This document shows, in pieces, positions 37,987-47,681 of a stretch of DNA of 64,000 bases. The position numbers and the translations under genes are program-made. Positions within the stretch are counted from its first letter, which is position 1; every line of letters starts with the position of its first letter. The notes under the pieces are model-generated. The model worked only from the letters and a program-made list of their open reading frames with translations, did not search any database and was not told the origin of the DNA. Where the stretch lies: IMG/VR virus record IMGVR_UViG_3300037461_001096, positions 1-64,000 of that record; one strand, 5' to 3'. This stretch comes from a virus.

Positions 37987-39198
37987 TTATCTTATACGTG
38001 GGAAAGTGATCCTGCTTCCTATTGTTGTGGACATCCCGGCAACATCTATCAGGTTCCCAATTCTTAGTAGATCCAGAACAAACGATCCATCTGCGTATCC
38101 CTTAACTTGTTCTTCGGCCTTGGACGTTTGTTCAATGCGGAAGTTTTGTATAGGCAGAGGAATATATGATTCCCAATCAGTCCGCAATGTCATTGAAACA
38201 GCGCTGTCATAAAAATAGTCATCAGTTTCTGCGTTATAAATTTCTTCGGTTTCACCTCCAGGTGACACATCTAACAATTCTAATCCTTCAAACCCCCAAG
38301 CATGCTTCTTATCCATGATAGCATGGACAACATAATCCGAGAGTTTCTCCCTATCTTCAGAATCTCGGGAAAAGATTGTTAAATCAAAGTGAACTTCAAA
38401 TTTCCCGCCAAAAATTTCAGCAACGTCCACTCTGTTCTCTGTGATGACAACAACCATTTTATCACAGTCTTGTGCCCTATCCCCGAATGCCAATACGACT
38501 CCAGGGATGGCGTCAACATTGTACTTCTCTAAATCGTAGTTGAAAGGCCCGCGCTCGGGAAGGGTATACCTATAATCGGCGTCGATCGTTGCACCAGGTG
38601 GAAGTGTTTTCAAGAAGACAATACGCCCACTGTCCCAATCGACGTCATAATCCACATCTTGAAGCAAAGGTCTCCTACCGTTCAGCCAAAGCTTCATAGC
38701 CCCGTTATATAACGGTAAATTGGTTATTTGGGCTTCATCACCGGCGGGATCTGACATAATAAGTAGGGGTTCGCCATTCACAGTTGGATACGGTTTTACT
38801 GTGAATGTCCCAGGAATACTCCTGCCTCTATCAGGGACACTCTTAATTTCTATGAGATACGCCCCGGGAGGACTCGGAAATATATCCCTGCGGGGGGATA
38901 TCTGTTCTAATAGTGAAAAATTCTCACGTGCCCATTCAATAGTTGTTCCAGGCCAATCATTATAATTAGTAAGCATAACGAATGACGAATGCCGGCCTAT
39001 ATAATCATTTGCAGAAAGACCGACTCTATCGGCTGATGTTCCACTAACCACAATCCCACGCTGTGGTCTTTCTTTGAAAGAAAATTTGTTTACAACATTC
39101 TGTGAGTCGTTTCGATAGCGTGGATGTTCGTATAAGATTTGCCGGAGCTCTTGAATGATCCTTTTTTTAGTGGCGTTCGTAAGCCATGTCATCATCAT
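37987..39198 (-). CDS. Putative tail completion / neck structural protein
   Basis: 403 aa in the structural operon; DVDYDVDWDSGRIVF beta-motif; function from context. Confidence 0.55.
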   Translation of the reverse strand: MMMTWLTNATKKRIIQELRQILYEHPRYRNDSQNVVNKFSFKERPQRGIVVSGTSADRVGLSANDYIGRHSSFVMLTNYNDWPGTTIEWARENFSLLEQISPRRDIFPSPPGAYLIEIKSVPDRGRSIPGTFTVKPYPTVNGEPLLIMSDPAGDEAQITNLPLYNGAMKLWLNGRRPLLQDVDYDVDWDSGRIVFLKTLPPGATIDADYRYTLPERGPFNYDLEKYNVDAIPGVVLAFGDRAQDCDKMVVVITENRVDVAEIFGGKFEVHFDLTIFSRDSEDREKLSDYVVHAIMDKKHAWGFEGLELLDVSPGGETEEIYNAETDDYFYDSAVSMTLRTDWESYIPLPIQNFRIEQTSKAEEQVKGYADGSFVLDLLRIGNLIDVAGMSTTIGSRITFPRIR

Positions 39199-39207
39199 GG
39201 GACAAAC

Positions 39208-39435
39208 TCACCGCGTCCGACGTTTTTTCTTGCTACTTACGGATGCCTTAGAAGTTGAATTTGTGAGTGGGGCTGCTTCGGGGGCTGCTTCGGGGGCTGC
39301 TTCGGGGGCTGCTTCGGGGGCTGCTTCGGGGGCTGCTTCCTTGTCTAATGCGATCTTTCCCTGTCTGTTAAACAGGTCAATCTCAGTTAAAACATGGATG
39401 CTAACACCTTTGAAACTATCCATACTACCGCTCAT
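39208..39435 (-). CDS. Small protein with AAPE repeats and basic tail
   Basis: (EAAP)x6 followed by KKKRRTR. Confidence 0.55.
   Translation of the reverse strand: MSGSMDSFKGVSIHVLTEIDLFNRQGKIALDKEAAPEAAPEAAPEAAPEAAPEAAPLTNSTSKASVSSKKKRRTR
39269..39339. repeat. 12-bp tandem repeat, ~5.9 copies
   Basis: GGGGCTGCTTCG units, perfect copies. Confidence 0.95.
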
Positions 39436-39452
39436 TAATAAAGGATTCAGTT

Positions 39453-40118
39453 CTATGTAAAACGTTTTGTCAATATAGTTTCCAATTCGGTTGAAAATCT
39501 ATTTGAAATAGCATCATATAGACGATCCATAAAGTCACCCATAATACCCTGAAAAGCATTTTTCGGAAGCTTGATGCCAAATTTTCCGGTTGACACTGAT
39601 CGCTCTATTGTCAGAGCAAGCTTTCCGTCATCAGTTATACTCATACCGTGTGGGTTTTCTATACGTTTATCATTTAGTTTTTTCCTAGCATCAAGTGCAG
39701 GGTATCTAGCGTCTTTAATTCGATGCTTGGCGTCAAAAGTAGACTTACGCGCGTCCACTTGGGGTGTTCGCAAATCACGAACGATGCGTCGGGGGCCTTC
39801 CATACCTATTTCGAAAGATTTTGTCACGCGATCTAGCATTTGTTTACGAATTTTTGAAGCCTCAGACCTAATGGCATTCATCGTCTTCTGATCTGTTGCT
39901 ACAACTCTGGAAGAATCGACGATAATTTCAAACAAAACAGAGTCACCAGCCACGTGCGAGTATACCTCACATTGCTTTAAACGTTCTGACACACCAGCGT
40001 CATCTAGTGTTTGTTTCAGCGCAATCAAACCGTCTATAGCAATTTTCTCCATGATGCCGTCCATAGCTCTATTCATAGCCGCATGGAGCGTTGTGGAAAT
40101 TTCACCAGGCATGGCCAT
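39453..40118 (-). CDS. Putative virion morphogenesis protein
   Basis: 221 aa coupled to the upstream gene; internal 7-residue DA[RK] repeats. Confidence 0.65.
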   Translation of the reverse strand: MAMPGEISTTLHAAMNRAMDGIMEKIAIDGLIALKQTLDDAGVSERLKQCEVYSHVAGDSVLFEIIVDSSRVVATDQKTMNAIRSEASKIRKQMLDRVTKSFEIGMEGPRRIVRDLRTPQVDARKSTFDAKHRIKDARYPALDARKKLNDKRIENPHGMSITDDGKLALTIERSVSTGKFGIKLPKNAFQGIMGDFMDRLYDAISNRFSTELETILTKRFT

Positions 40119-41443
40119 TAACGGGTTTCATTCGAAAATGAAACTGTGTTGCCGCGTTCTTGACGTCCGGCAGAAACTTGAGTATTATCAGTTATCATCG
40201 GGGTTGCCTCACCATGATCAGGAATTATATACCTCGTTTTTGGATAGGAAAACGTGGCCGGGTCAATGGCTGGGACTTTATACCGAATATCTGGATCATC
40301 CAGTTGAGATATAATAAAAAACTGCTGTAGACGCATACCACGATTACTTGGAGTCCTCACCGGTCCAATGCCGAATCTATCTCCGTTCAGCTTCAAAATA
40401 AAATCACGCTGTGATAGAAGTGGACTTGGGCCAGTCCAAGTCTCATATTGCTTATTCATTGTCCTACCACGCATATCCTGCTTATAACCCATTTCCGCGT
40501 CGTCGGGGGCTATCGTGATGTCGTAGGGACCGTCATACCCACCAATAAATCCTGTTCCGAAGCAGGTGTCACAATTTGATTCTGGCTGACCGTGCAGGTC
40601 TGATTGACACCCACAAGAGACCCCGGCATTCTTCTTTATGAAGACCTTTACCCTTTCCCCACCCTGGTCCAGTATCCAGTGGTTCCTACGTATGGCTTCA
40701 CGCCATATGTAATTCAGTTTTTCTATCTCGTAACTATCGCATTTTGCCCCATCTTCGATCGGCGTCTCAAGTAGACTCCCATCTTGTGCATAAGCCACAG
40801 TTGTGACTCTATAAAAAATCCTCTTATCAAGCGAACTTGGGATCTTGTTATCGGTATATCGATAACTGGCCAGCACTATGCTACTGCCATCAACTTCAGG
40901 AAGAACTGCCGGGATCATTTTCTGACTGATAACGTCGAAAGAATCCTCCCTCGATAAACGCACAACTCCGTTAGCAGCGTCAAGCCAGTCCACAACACCA
41001 GGTTGTCCATCGACAGTTACACGCATATTCATTCGAACACAATTCAGCCCTCCAGGAATTGGGTCTATAATTATTGGACTGTATTGTGTTTTGAACAGGA
41101 AGTCCCCATTTGGGGCAGTTCCGGGGCCATTCGGAATGAAATTGGAAGACACGTCCTCTTGCAAGACGACCTTAGTCGTCGACATATCTCTCCAGAATAG
41201 AGCTCCGACAGGAACGGCGTTTATCCTATAAAATGGCCCATATTCGGATCCAAAACTTCTGTAAATGTTTACGCCAAGTATATTAAAACGTCCATTCCCG
41301 GGAAGTTCAGCCGGGCCCGACCATCTAACATCATAAACATTACGGGCCGTCCCGGATAGACAGAAAGCTTGCAATGGAGCAAGCGGGAGGCTTGGCATAA
41401 GCCGCTCTCGCGGGTCTAGCTTCCTGTCTCTCGGCCCTGGCAT
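40118..41443 (-). CDS. Putative head-closure / neck protein with zinc finger
   Basis: GERVKVF..CGC..CDTCFGTGFIGGY; structural operon context. Confidence 0.55.
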   Translation of the reverse strand: MPGPRDRKLDPRERLMPSLPLAPLQAFCLSGTARNVYDVRWSGPAELPGNGRFNILGVNIYRSFGSEYGPFYRINAVPVGALFWRDMSTTKVVLQEDVSSNFIPNGPGTAPNGDFLFKTQYSPIIIDPIPGGLNCVRMNMRVTVDGQPGVVDWLDAANGVVRLSREDSFDVISQKMIPAVLPEVDGSSIVLASYRYTDNKIPSSLDKRIFYRVTTVAYAQDGSLLETPIEDGAKCDSYEIEKLNYIWREAIRRNHWILDQGGERVKVFIKKNAGVSCGCQSDLHGQPESNCDTCFGTGFIGGYDGPYDITIAPDDAEMGYKQDMRGRTMNKQYETWTGPSPLLSQRDFILKLNGDRFGIGPVRTPSNRGMRLQQFFIISQLDDPDIRYKVPAIDPATFSYPKTRYIIPDHGEATPMITDNTQVSAGRQERGNTVSFSNETR

Positions 41444-41444
41444 T

Positions 41445-41750
41445 CTAGCCTCCTGGCGATGCTTTCATTTGAAATGGATCCGGCGGTTGCTGTGGCTGCT
41501 GAGGCCTAATCACAACCGTGTTGTTATTGATTGTGCTAACATCACAATCTTTAACGTCAATTTCCTGAGTCTTCAAATCCTCCAATATGGCAGATTTCTT
41601 AAAATCGTATAAACCACTAATTTGGGCTTCAACTTCACGCAGTCTCATTGTTAGCTGTCCCAACTGAACAGACCAAAACATGATGGAGTTATCAATTTGG
41701 GTAATCTTTATAGAAGTTTCTTCTTTGAGTTTAACGGTTTTTGATTCCAT
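41445..41750 (-). CDS. Hypothetical protein
   Basis: 101 aa, tightly packed in operon. Confidence 0.65.
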   Translation of the reverse strand: MESKTVKLKEETSIKITQIDNSIMFWSVQLGQLTMRLREVEAQISGLYDFKKSAILEDLKTQEIDVKDCDVSTINNNTVVIRPQQPQQPPDPFQMKASPGG

Positions 41751-41758
41751 ATACGACG

Positions 41759-42130
41759 TTACCGATTTTCCCTCTCTCCAACAGACGTCTGGTCATTTAA
41801 CGCGGAACTGATTGTCATCGGGCTAATAACAATTCCGTCAGCTCTTAGCTGAAAATCATCAGCAGCCATGAGAACTGCACCCTTGACCGCTGCCATCAAT
41901 TCATTTTTGAGCTTATTACGCAACCGACTCTCGGATACTTCAACGCCATTCCCTTCAAAATCAACTGTAAGGGATAAGTCAACTTTAAAAGAGTATTCAA
42001 TGCCGGGGTCTAACACATTCTCCTGAATTTCAGGTATTTCAGGAAGCGGAGTCTTCTTCGAAGGAGTCTTCAGGGGCTTTTTTTGTTTTTTGGGTTTGCT
42101 TATCCGCTTAGCAACACGAATTAGATCCAT
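41759..42130 (-). CDS. Putative virion protein
   Basis: Start placed at MDLIRVAKRIS (N-terminal motif) followed by K/P-rich linker. Confidence 0.6.
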   Translation of the reverse strand: MDLIRVAKRISKPKKQKKPLKTPSKKTPLPEIPEIQENVLDPGIEYSFKVDLSLTVDFEGNGVEVSESRLRNKLKNELMAAVKGAVLMAADDFQLRADGIVISPMTISSALNDQTSVGERENR

Positions 42131-42191
42131 GCTAAAGATAACAATGAACAGTTTAAACTGACCTTGAAGAATATGAAATGTAAAGTCAGTC

Positions 42192-42548
42192 ATGCACTTT
42201 GAGTTGGAATGTGTCAAAGAAATCTCGGATGAAGCTCTGAAAGAACTCTCTACAACAATGTCAGCGCGAATTAAAGAGACTAAGCGGAAAATCGCTCAGA
42301 TGCTAAAAAAAGATCAGCATCTAATGTATATGTGGGTTAATAAGCTCAGTGCATGCCCCCCGAAAGCTCTTCCAGAAGAGATTGCCGAGATGCGGAGTCA
42401 ACGCAAGCGCGAATTTGAACTTGCACTTCTATCAAATCCAGAAGCATTTATAGCGTTCCAGATAAACACGTTTTTAATAATGCTAAACGATGAACTAAGG
42501 CAAGAGAGAATTCGGAGAGCCCCAGCTCCAAAAAATAGATGTAAATAA
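42192..42548 (+). CDS. Hypothetical helical protein
   Basis: 118-aa ORF filling the gap between minus-strand genes. Confidence 0.6.
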   Translation: MHFELECVKEISDEALKELSTTMSARIKETKRKIAQMLKKDQHLMYMWVNKLSACPPKALPEEIAEMRSQRKREFELALLSNPEAFIAFQINTFLIMLNDELRQERIRRAPAPKNRCK

Positions 42549-43181
42549 CTAGCGGAGTTTTCGCAAGAGTTCTTCCCAAGACGGGTCCTCTGGTTTTTTG
42601 TCCTCTTCCGGCTTCTTCTCCGGCTTCTTCTTTGGACGGAGTGGTAATTTTTCACCGGGTTCATAAGTCGGAAGTCTTTTGGGCTTCATTCCGGGTGGGA
42701 TGGCTGGCTGTTCCTTAATTTGTTTTGTGCGCAGTGGTTCCGGGGACTTTGGTGGTTCAAAGCCACGTGAAATCCATTCCTCATCTGACATCGGTCTTGT
42801 TCTCAGCAATGGGGTCGACGGAACCGGTGGCTTGACCGGTGGTAGACGGGGTGGTTCAACATAGTTTCGGCTTTGTAGATAAAACCCCCACTCGTCATGA
42901 AGATCCCTGTGGATACTGGAATTTGTTACATCAAATTGTCCGGGTGAGCCCATTTCTTTCCATTGCCAATATAAACTCATCTTCATGAGCTCTAGTTCGT
43001 TGGCTGTGAAAAAATCTTTATTTTCGTTAATAAGATAATTAGCAAAAGATTCAATAGAAGCAAAATGTTCTGGAATACCATGCTTAAGCAAAAGATCTTC
43101 GATTTGTTTAGGAGTTAGGGTACTCTCGGAAGTTATGATCCATTTACTTGCAACACGAATAGCTAAAGAACTTATATTCAT
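42549..43181 (-). CDS. Putative virion protein, proline-rich C-terminus
   Basis: Begins MNISSLAIRVAS. Confidence 0.7.
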   Translation of the reverse strand: MNISSLAIRVASKWIITSESTLTPKQIEDLLLKHGIPEHFASIESFANYLINENKDFFTANELELMKMSLYWQWKEMGSPGQFDVTNSSIHRDLHDEWGFYLQSRNYVEPPRLPPVKPPVPSTPLLRTRPMSDEEWISRGFEPPKSPEPLRTKQIKEQPAIPPGMKPKRLPTYEPGEKLPLRPKKKPEKKPEEDKKPEDPSWEELLRKLR

Positions 43182-43284
43182 AACTTCTATTTAAGTATAA
43201 AAGTTATACAATAATTTTACTCAGTCACGTCAGCACCAGGATCATGACCACGTCTTCTAACCTTATTCCTGAGCTGTCTAGCAG

Positions 43285-43479
43285 TTATTGACAGTTATAA
43301 CAATTACCACAATAGTGCCATTCAAGCTTATCTGTACCTGGTCCATGATCTTAACCTATCTTCATCCAGCCGCTGTCAGGTGGGATCGGAGGCCGTATTC
43401 GTGCGCCACATCTATCACAGATCAGTGCGACAAGAATCAGCCGTTCTGGGTTAAGCTCACTTCTTGCATATTCTCGCAC
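43285..43479 (-). pseudogene. Zinc-ribbon gene with one internal TAA
   Basis: GGAGG SD + GTG; MREYARSELNPERLILVALICDRCGARIRPPIPPDSGWMKIG*DHGPGTDKLEWHYCGNCYNCQ*; CxxC motifs on both sides of the stop. Confidence 0.6.
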
Positions 43480-43522
43480 AATGCACCTCCATGCTTTTAA
43501 GAGAGATTCTACTCGAGAAGAA

Positions 43523-44494
43523 TCAAATACCTAGATTATGCCGCATGCGTATATATGGGTCATCCATATTCGGTTCGAACGGCTGACCGGTAATGGCTTC
43601 ATAAATCTCAATATACCTCAGCGCAGCTTCTATTCGCACATCATCGGGAATGACTGGTACTGAGCCATGACCCCTAAATCCCTGATCGACCAACCAACGT
43701 CGTACATATTCCTTATCAAAGGATTTCTGTTCCTGTCCAGCTTCAAAACGATTCTGATATGAATCGGCATACCAGAATCGTGACGAATCAGGTGTATGTA
43801 TTTCATCAATAACAACCAATGACCCATCGGGCGTTTTACCAAATTCATACTTAGTGTCAACAAGGATCAAGCCACGTTGCTCACAGATTTTCTGTCCAAA
43901 CGCAAATAACCTCATTGCCATGTCAGCAGCTTGGTCAAAATCTTCCTTACAAACATAATCCATCGTTAGAATTTCGTCACGTGAGACCGAAATGTCGTGG
44001 TCACCTTTTGACGCTTTAGTACTTGGTGTGAGGATTGGCTCTGGTAGACGTTCGTTGAATCGCAACCCATCAGGAAGTATATGTCCACAAAATGATCTAA
44101 CCCCTCGTTGGTAGTGCGTCCAAATGCTTGTTGACGAGACCCCGGTAGCATACGCACGTACAATCATTTCCACCGGAAGTGGCGTACACTCAACAACTTG
44201 CACAATATTGGGGTCAACCTCACGTATCATATGATTTTGTACAGTGTCTCTAGACTGTGCAAACCACCAAGTGGCAATACGGTTCAACACTTGTCCCTTT
44301 AGGGGAAGTGTCCCGAGAACCCGGTCAAACGCGCTAATCCGGTCAGTTACAACAATGAAACGACTCCCATCACGGGCGATATAATTATCACGCACCTTCC
44401 CGATATATGGTCTACCTAGACCATGAAAATCTGTATTTTCAATTGTTGTCGCGAGGGCTTCTCTCAACGTCTCGTGTGTTACGTTTCTAGTCAT
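43523..44494 (-). CDS. purC: SAICAR synthase
   Basis: GKVRD, TDRISAFD, KGQVL, PVEMIVR, PILTPSTK, LVDTKYEFG, DEIHTPDSSRFW, DKEYVR; start at MTRN after AGGAG. Confidence 0.95.
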   Translation of the reverse strand: MTRNVTHETLREALATTIENTDFHGLGRPYIGKVRDNYIARDGSRFIVVTDRISAFDRVLGTLPLKGQVLNRIATWWFAQSRDTVQNHMIREVDPNIVQVVECTPLPVEMIVRAYATGVSSTSIWTHYQRGVRSFCGHILPDGLRFNERLPEPILTPSTKASKGDHDISVSRDEILTMDYVCKEDFDQAADMAMRLFAFGQKICEQRGLILVDTKYEFGKTPDGSLVVIDEIHTPDSSRFWYADSYQNRFEAGQEQKSFDKEYVRRWLVDQGFRGHGSVPVIPDDVRIEAALRYIEIYEAITGQPFEPNMDDPYIRMRHNLGI

Positions 44495-44703
44495 GTCATA
44501 TGACTCCTGTAGAAAACTCCCCAAATTTTGTTCGTCCTTATAAACTGTCTAGTTTCATTGGTACTTCGCCATCAGAAGTATGGGCGATAACCATATGACC
44601 CCCAGACCACTACTGGGTAGCTAATTCAATCTCCGACCCTATAACACGCTGGTTGACCTGCAATAATATGGTGTATTATCTGAGGTGAATTGCACTGCTG
44701 CAT
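44491..44703 (-). pseudogene. Small gene with two internal TGA stops
   Basis: TATAAT + GAGGAG + ATG; MQQCNSPQIIHHIIAGQPACYRVGD*ISYPVVVWGSYGYRPYF*WRSTNETRQFIRTNKIWGVFYRSHMT*; final stop overlaps purC ATG. Confidence 0.5.
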
Positions 44704-44760
44704 ATCTCCTCATTATACTATCTCGAACTTTGATCTTTCATATTTAACTTCCAAGTTTCC

Positions 44761-45315
44761 TCAATCAGTCATTATTTTTCTAATTATGAAGAGATGCTTT
44801 GCTTGTTCTATTTGATCTTTTGTAAGGACCCGCCTTGTGATTTCGATTGGATTTCCTCTTTTGTCCAGAAGATATGATATATCCGCCCCATTTTCCATAA
44901 GATAATGTGCAACTTCTAGATGTCCGTTATAGGCAGCGGATCGAAGTGCATAGTTATTGTCTGCATGAATATCCGCCCCGTTCTCCACGAGGAGTTTAAT
45001 GATCTCTAAATGTCCATATATAGCAGCATATTGTAGAGCCTCGTTATCCTCTGCGTGAATATTTGCTCCATTTTTTACAAGATATTTGACAACCTCTACA
45101 TGCCCATAAAAAATGGCCCATCGAAGTGCGCCATTATTACCTGCGTGAATATCTGCCCCATTTTCCATGAGGAATTTAACAGTTTCTAGATATCCATTTG
45201 CAGCGGCCAACTGAAATGCCAAGTCATTTTCTACATGAATGTCTACTCCGTTATTCATCAGGAAGCGAACATCCTCTAAACGACCGTTACATGCAGCTTC
45301 AATTATACCCGTCAT
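44761..45315 (-). CDS. Ankyrin-repeat protein with conserved C-terminal tag
   Basis: About 5 repeats; ends QAKHLFIIRKIMTD. Confidence 0.95.
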   Translation of the reverse strand: MTGIIEAACNGRLEDVRFLMNNGVDIHVENDLAFQLAAANGYLETVKFLMENGADIHAGNNGALRWAIFYGHVEVVKYLVKNGANIHAEDNEALQYAAIYGHLEIIKLLVENGADIHADNNYALRSAAYNGHLEVAHYLMENGADISYLLDKRGNPIEITRRVLTKDQIEQAKHLFIIRKIMTD

Positions 45316-45512
45316 TGCCCAATTTTTCAGTCAGCCATTGTTTTCTAGTCACGAAGGCATACGCCGTTCATGATACACCGCCTTCAAGGAAGGCACGCGG
45401 CAAGCCTCGGATGTCTCAATCGAAGCCAAACTTATACCCTACGTGACGGTCATCCACTGGCTTATGACTCCCACAAATCTACGAATCTGCGGCATGACTA
45501 ACAATGTGGAAG

Positions 45513-46169
45513 TTACACCCCTAGCTCCATGATTTGCCGGCATACGTCAAATGGTAGCCCATACATGCTACAAAAAGCAATGATTTCTGCCGTTCTAAAT
45601 CGGGTCCCTAAACGTTCATGATATTTGAACATGCGAGCCGATGTGCGAATTGGATATATAACTGACGCCATATAAATGTCACTGACACCGGAGTCCAAAG
45701 CTGCACGACATTGCGGAGTCATATGTACGCCGTTCGGGCCAAGATTGCACATGACGACTGACATATCATGAAGTTCGTGCGGCTCATCAATATAGAAATT
45801 CACGTCGATAGTCGGATCGTCAATAACGGCAAGATGCGCCATAACATAGGAAATTTCGTCTTTAAAATAAAAATCTATATCTTTAGTTTCGAACGCGCCA
45901 GTGGTAAAAGCAAGAGCCGCGCCCCCGCTCACCACACCGCCCATTTCAAACAGCCGGTCAACGTTCTCGGCAGTCTTGACGCGGTCCTGGGCAGCGTCGG
46001 AGTTCTTATGAAACTTTTGCTCAGTCCATTTTAGCAGAACAGTCTCACGCGCACCGGCAGAGACGATTGATCGAAACAGGTCACCACTCTGGCCGATAGA
46101 GTGCAGACGACAAACACGATTTGAAATTTCGATACGTTTATCCTGCAAAGAATGGGGAAGCTTCATCAC
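45513..46169 (-). CDS. Pol-beta-type nucleotidyltransferase-like protein
   Basis: GGVVSGGAA..KDIDFYF motif. Confidence 0.55.
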   Translation of the reverse strand: MMKLPHSLQDKRIEISNRVCRLHSIGQSGDLFRSIVSAGARETVLLKWTEQKFHKNSDAAQDRVKTAENVDRLFEMGGVVSGGAALAFTTGAFETKDIDFYFKDEISYVMAHLAVIDDPTIDVNFYIDEPHELHDMSVVMCNLGPNGVHMTPQCRAALDSGVSDIYMASVIYPIRTSARMFKYHERLGTRFRTAEIIAFCSMYGLPFDVCRQIMELGV

Positions 46170-46461
46170 CGTATGCTTGCGTCAAATATCCCACTGCTTC
46201 TTGACACTTAACTTGATCAATGCCGTTATCGGCACAATACTGCCTGACCTTTGCGACCTGAGTCGCAAGGTCTTCTGGCGACTCCGTCGCCAATCCATGC
46301 AGGAGAGCTTGAGAGCATACTTGTGACGGAGTCTGCGGATCAAGTTCTGCTGCCACTCGACGCAGTTCTGCTGCCACAAGACTGCGGTCGGGCCGCTTCG
46401 AATTGTTGATTCCGGTAACAACACTTGCCAGGTGACTTGCAATTTGGGATGGATTACGCAT
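46138..46461 (-). CDS. Putative virion protein
   Basis: PSQIASHL..INNSKRPDRSLVAAELRRVAA module shared with 52753..53595. Confidence 0.7.
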   Translation of the reverse strand: MRNPSQIASHLASVVTGINNSKRPDRSLVAAELRRVAAELDPQTPSQVCSQALLHGLATESPEDLATQVAKVRQYCADNGIDQVKCQEAVGYLTQAYGDEASPFFAG

Positions 46462-46557
46462 GAGTACTACTCCAGATGGGCCGGTCCAGATGACCCTATG
46501 TCAGGTGACTTGCAGTCTGAGATAGACTACACACAGCGTTCCTTAGGAATAAAAGAT

Positions 46558-46683
46558 TCATGAAATGTCGGAGAGGATCTTATTATCTAAATTCTTGGCG
46601 GCGGTCTTCATAAGTTCTTCCATCAATACCATAGAATTCAAAATGTCGACATCGACTTCCATATCACCTCTAATTGTTGATAT
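46558..46683 (-). CDS. Short paralog of the N-terminus of 47682..48176 (ATA start)
   Basis: AGGAGG-TTTCC-ATA; (M)STIRGDMEVDVDILNSMVLMEELMKTAAKNLDNKILSDIS*. Confidence 0.5.
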   Translation of the reverse strand: MSTIRGDMEVDVDILNSMVLMEELMKTAAKNLDNKILSDIS

Positions 46684-46714
46684 GGAAACCTCCTGTGTGT
46701 CAGAAGGTTACACT

Positions 46715-46783
46715 TCAGCAGAGATCATAAACAAACTTTATCCTGGGAACCGTGTAAGACCGCCGAAAACCAAGAGCAGCAGC
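46715..46783 (-). pseudogene. Relic 3' end of an HNH-Mom fusion gene
   Basis: AAALGFRRSYTVPRIKFVYDLC* versus AEALGYKKVHTPPKIKFVYDLR* at the end of 48207..49835. Confidence 0.75.
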
Positions 46784-47563
46784 TTATTCGGCGTCCAACT
46801 GGCTCAAAGCAGCGTCCGACCCACCTCCAGAATCCACATTCTCTGATTCAACAATCGAAACCGGAACGACCACGGCAGATTTTATCTGACTAACTTCCGA
46901 TTTGATCATGTCAATATCGGACATCATGGAAGCCATACCATCCTTAATTCTTCTGGAATGGTTTTTGTTCTCGTCCAAAACAACCCTGGCTTCTCCGAGG
47001 CTGTTGTTCACTTCAGAAAGAGTCGATATCACGACAGATAAACGCTCTTTCGTCAAGTTCATGTCGTTTCCGGCCAAGCGCTTAACCTCGAGAATCATGC
47101 GGCTAAGAGTCGGATCGGAAACACGCGCGTTTATGGCAGAAAGTTTTTCTTGAAGCACAGAAAGTTTTTCTTGAAGTGTGGCCAAACGATTTCTGGCGTT
47201 TTCAGCCTCCACCATGTACGCTTTTGTTTGTTCCCATCGCTTTTTTCCGTCGTCAGAAGCTTGATCCAGCTTCCCCTGCATGACAAGGACCCTGTCGTTT
47301 GCAGCTTTTTTCTCCGCGGACGACTCAGCCTCTTTTGATAGGTTCAAAATTTCGTTCCCGACGCCAAGGCAAAACGTCAAGCAAACACAAGCTGCGCACG
47401 TTTTCCCATATACGGTCAAACGGCCGTTGTCGTTCACTGTCTTCTTGAAAATGCCAAGAAACGCAGTGATGAAAGCCGCAGCACATAGAGAAATTTTTAA
47501 AAAAAGCTCGAGACTGGTCATTCCGAAAACAGGTAAAAACAGCCTACTTCGGAATACGCTCAA
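46784..47563 (-). CDS. Membrane-anchored coiled-coil protein
   Basis: Two N-terminal hydrophobic helices and a long heptad region; start uncertain. Confidence 0.7.
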   Translation of the reverse strand: MSVFRSRLFLPVFGMTSLELFLKISLCAAAFITAFLGIFKKTVNDNGRLTVYGKTCAACVCLTFCLGVGNEILNLSKEAESSAEKKAANDRVLVMQGKLDQASDDGKKRWEQTKAYMVEAENARNRLATLQEKLSVLQEKLSAINARVSDPTLSRMILEVKRLAGNDMNLTKERLSVVISTLSEVNNSLGEARVVLDENKNHSRRIKDGMASMMSDIDMIKSEVSQIKSAVVVPVSIVESENVDSGGGSDAALSQLDAE

Positions 47564-47681
47564 TGCAGCTTATCATGCCCCCGTCTTCAATCAAGCGAGA
47601 AGAATCTGGATCCTGATCTGAAATAATGCTTCGTCATGTCGAAGCTTGAAAAAGTTCTGAACCCACAATTCGAACAGCGCA

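Noticed and set aside
9178-44703. Stop-codon reassignment (TGA readthrough)
   Set aside because: Long conserved genes contain no internal TGA, use TGG for Trp and often end in TGA with ATGA overlaps; the broken ORFs also contain TAA.
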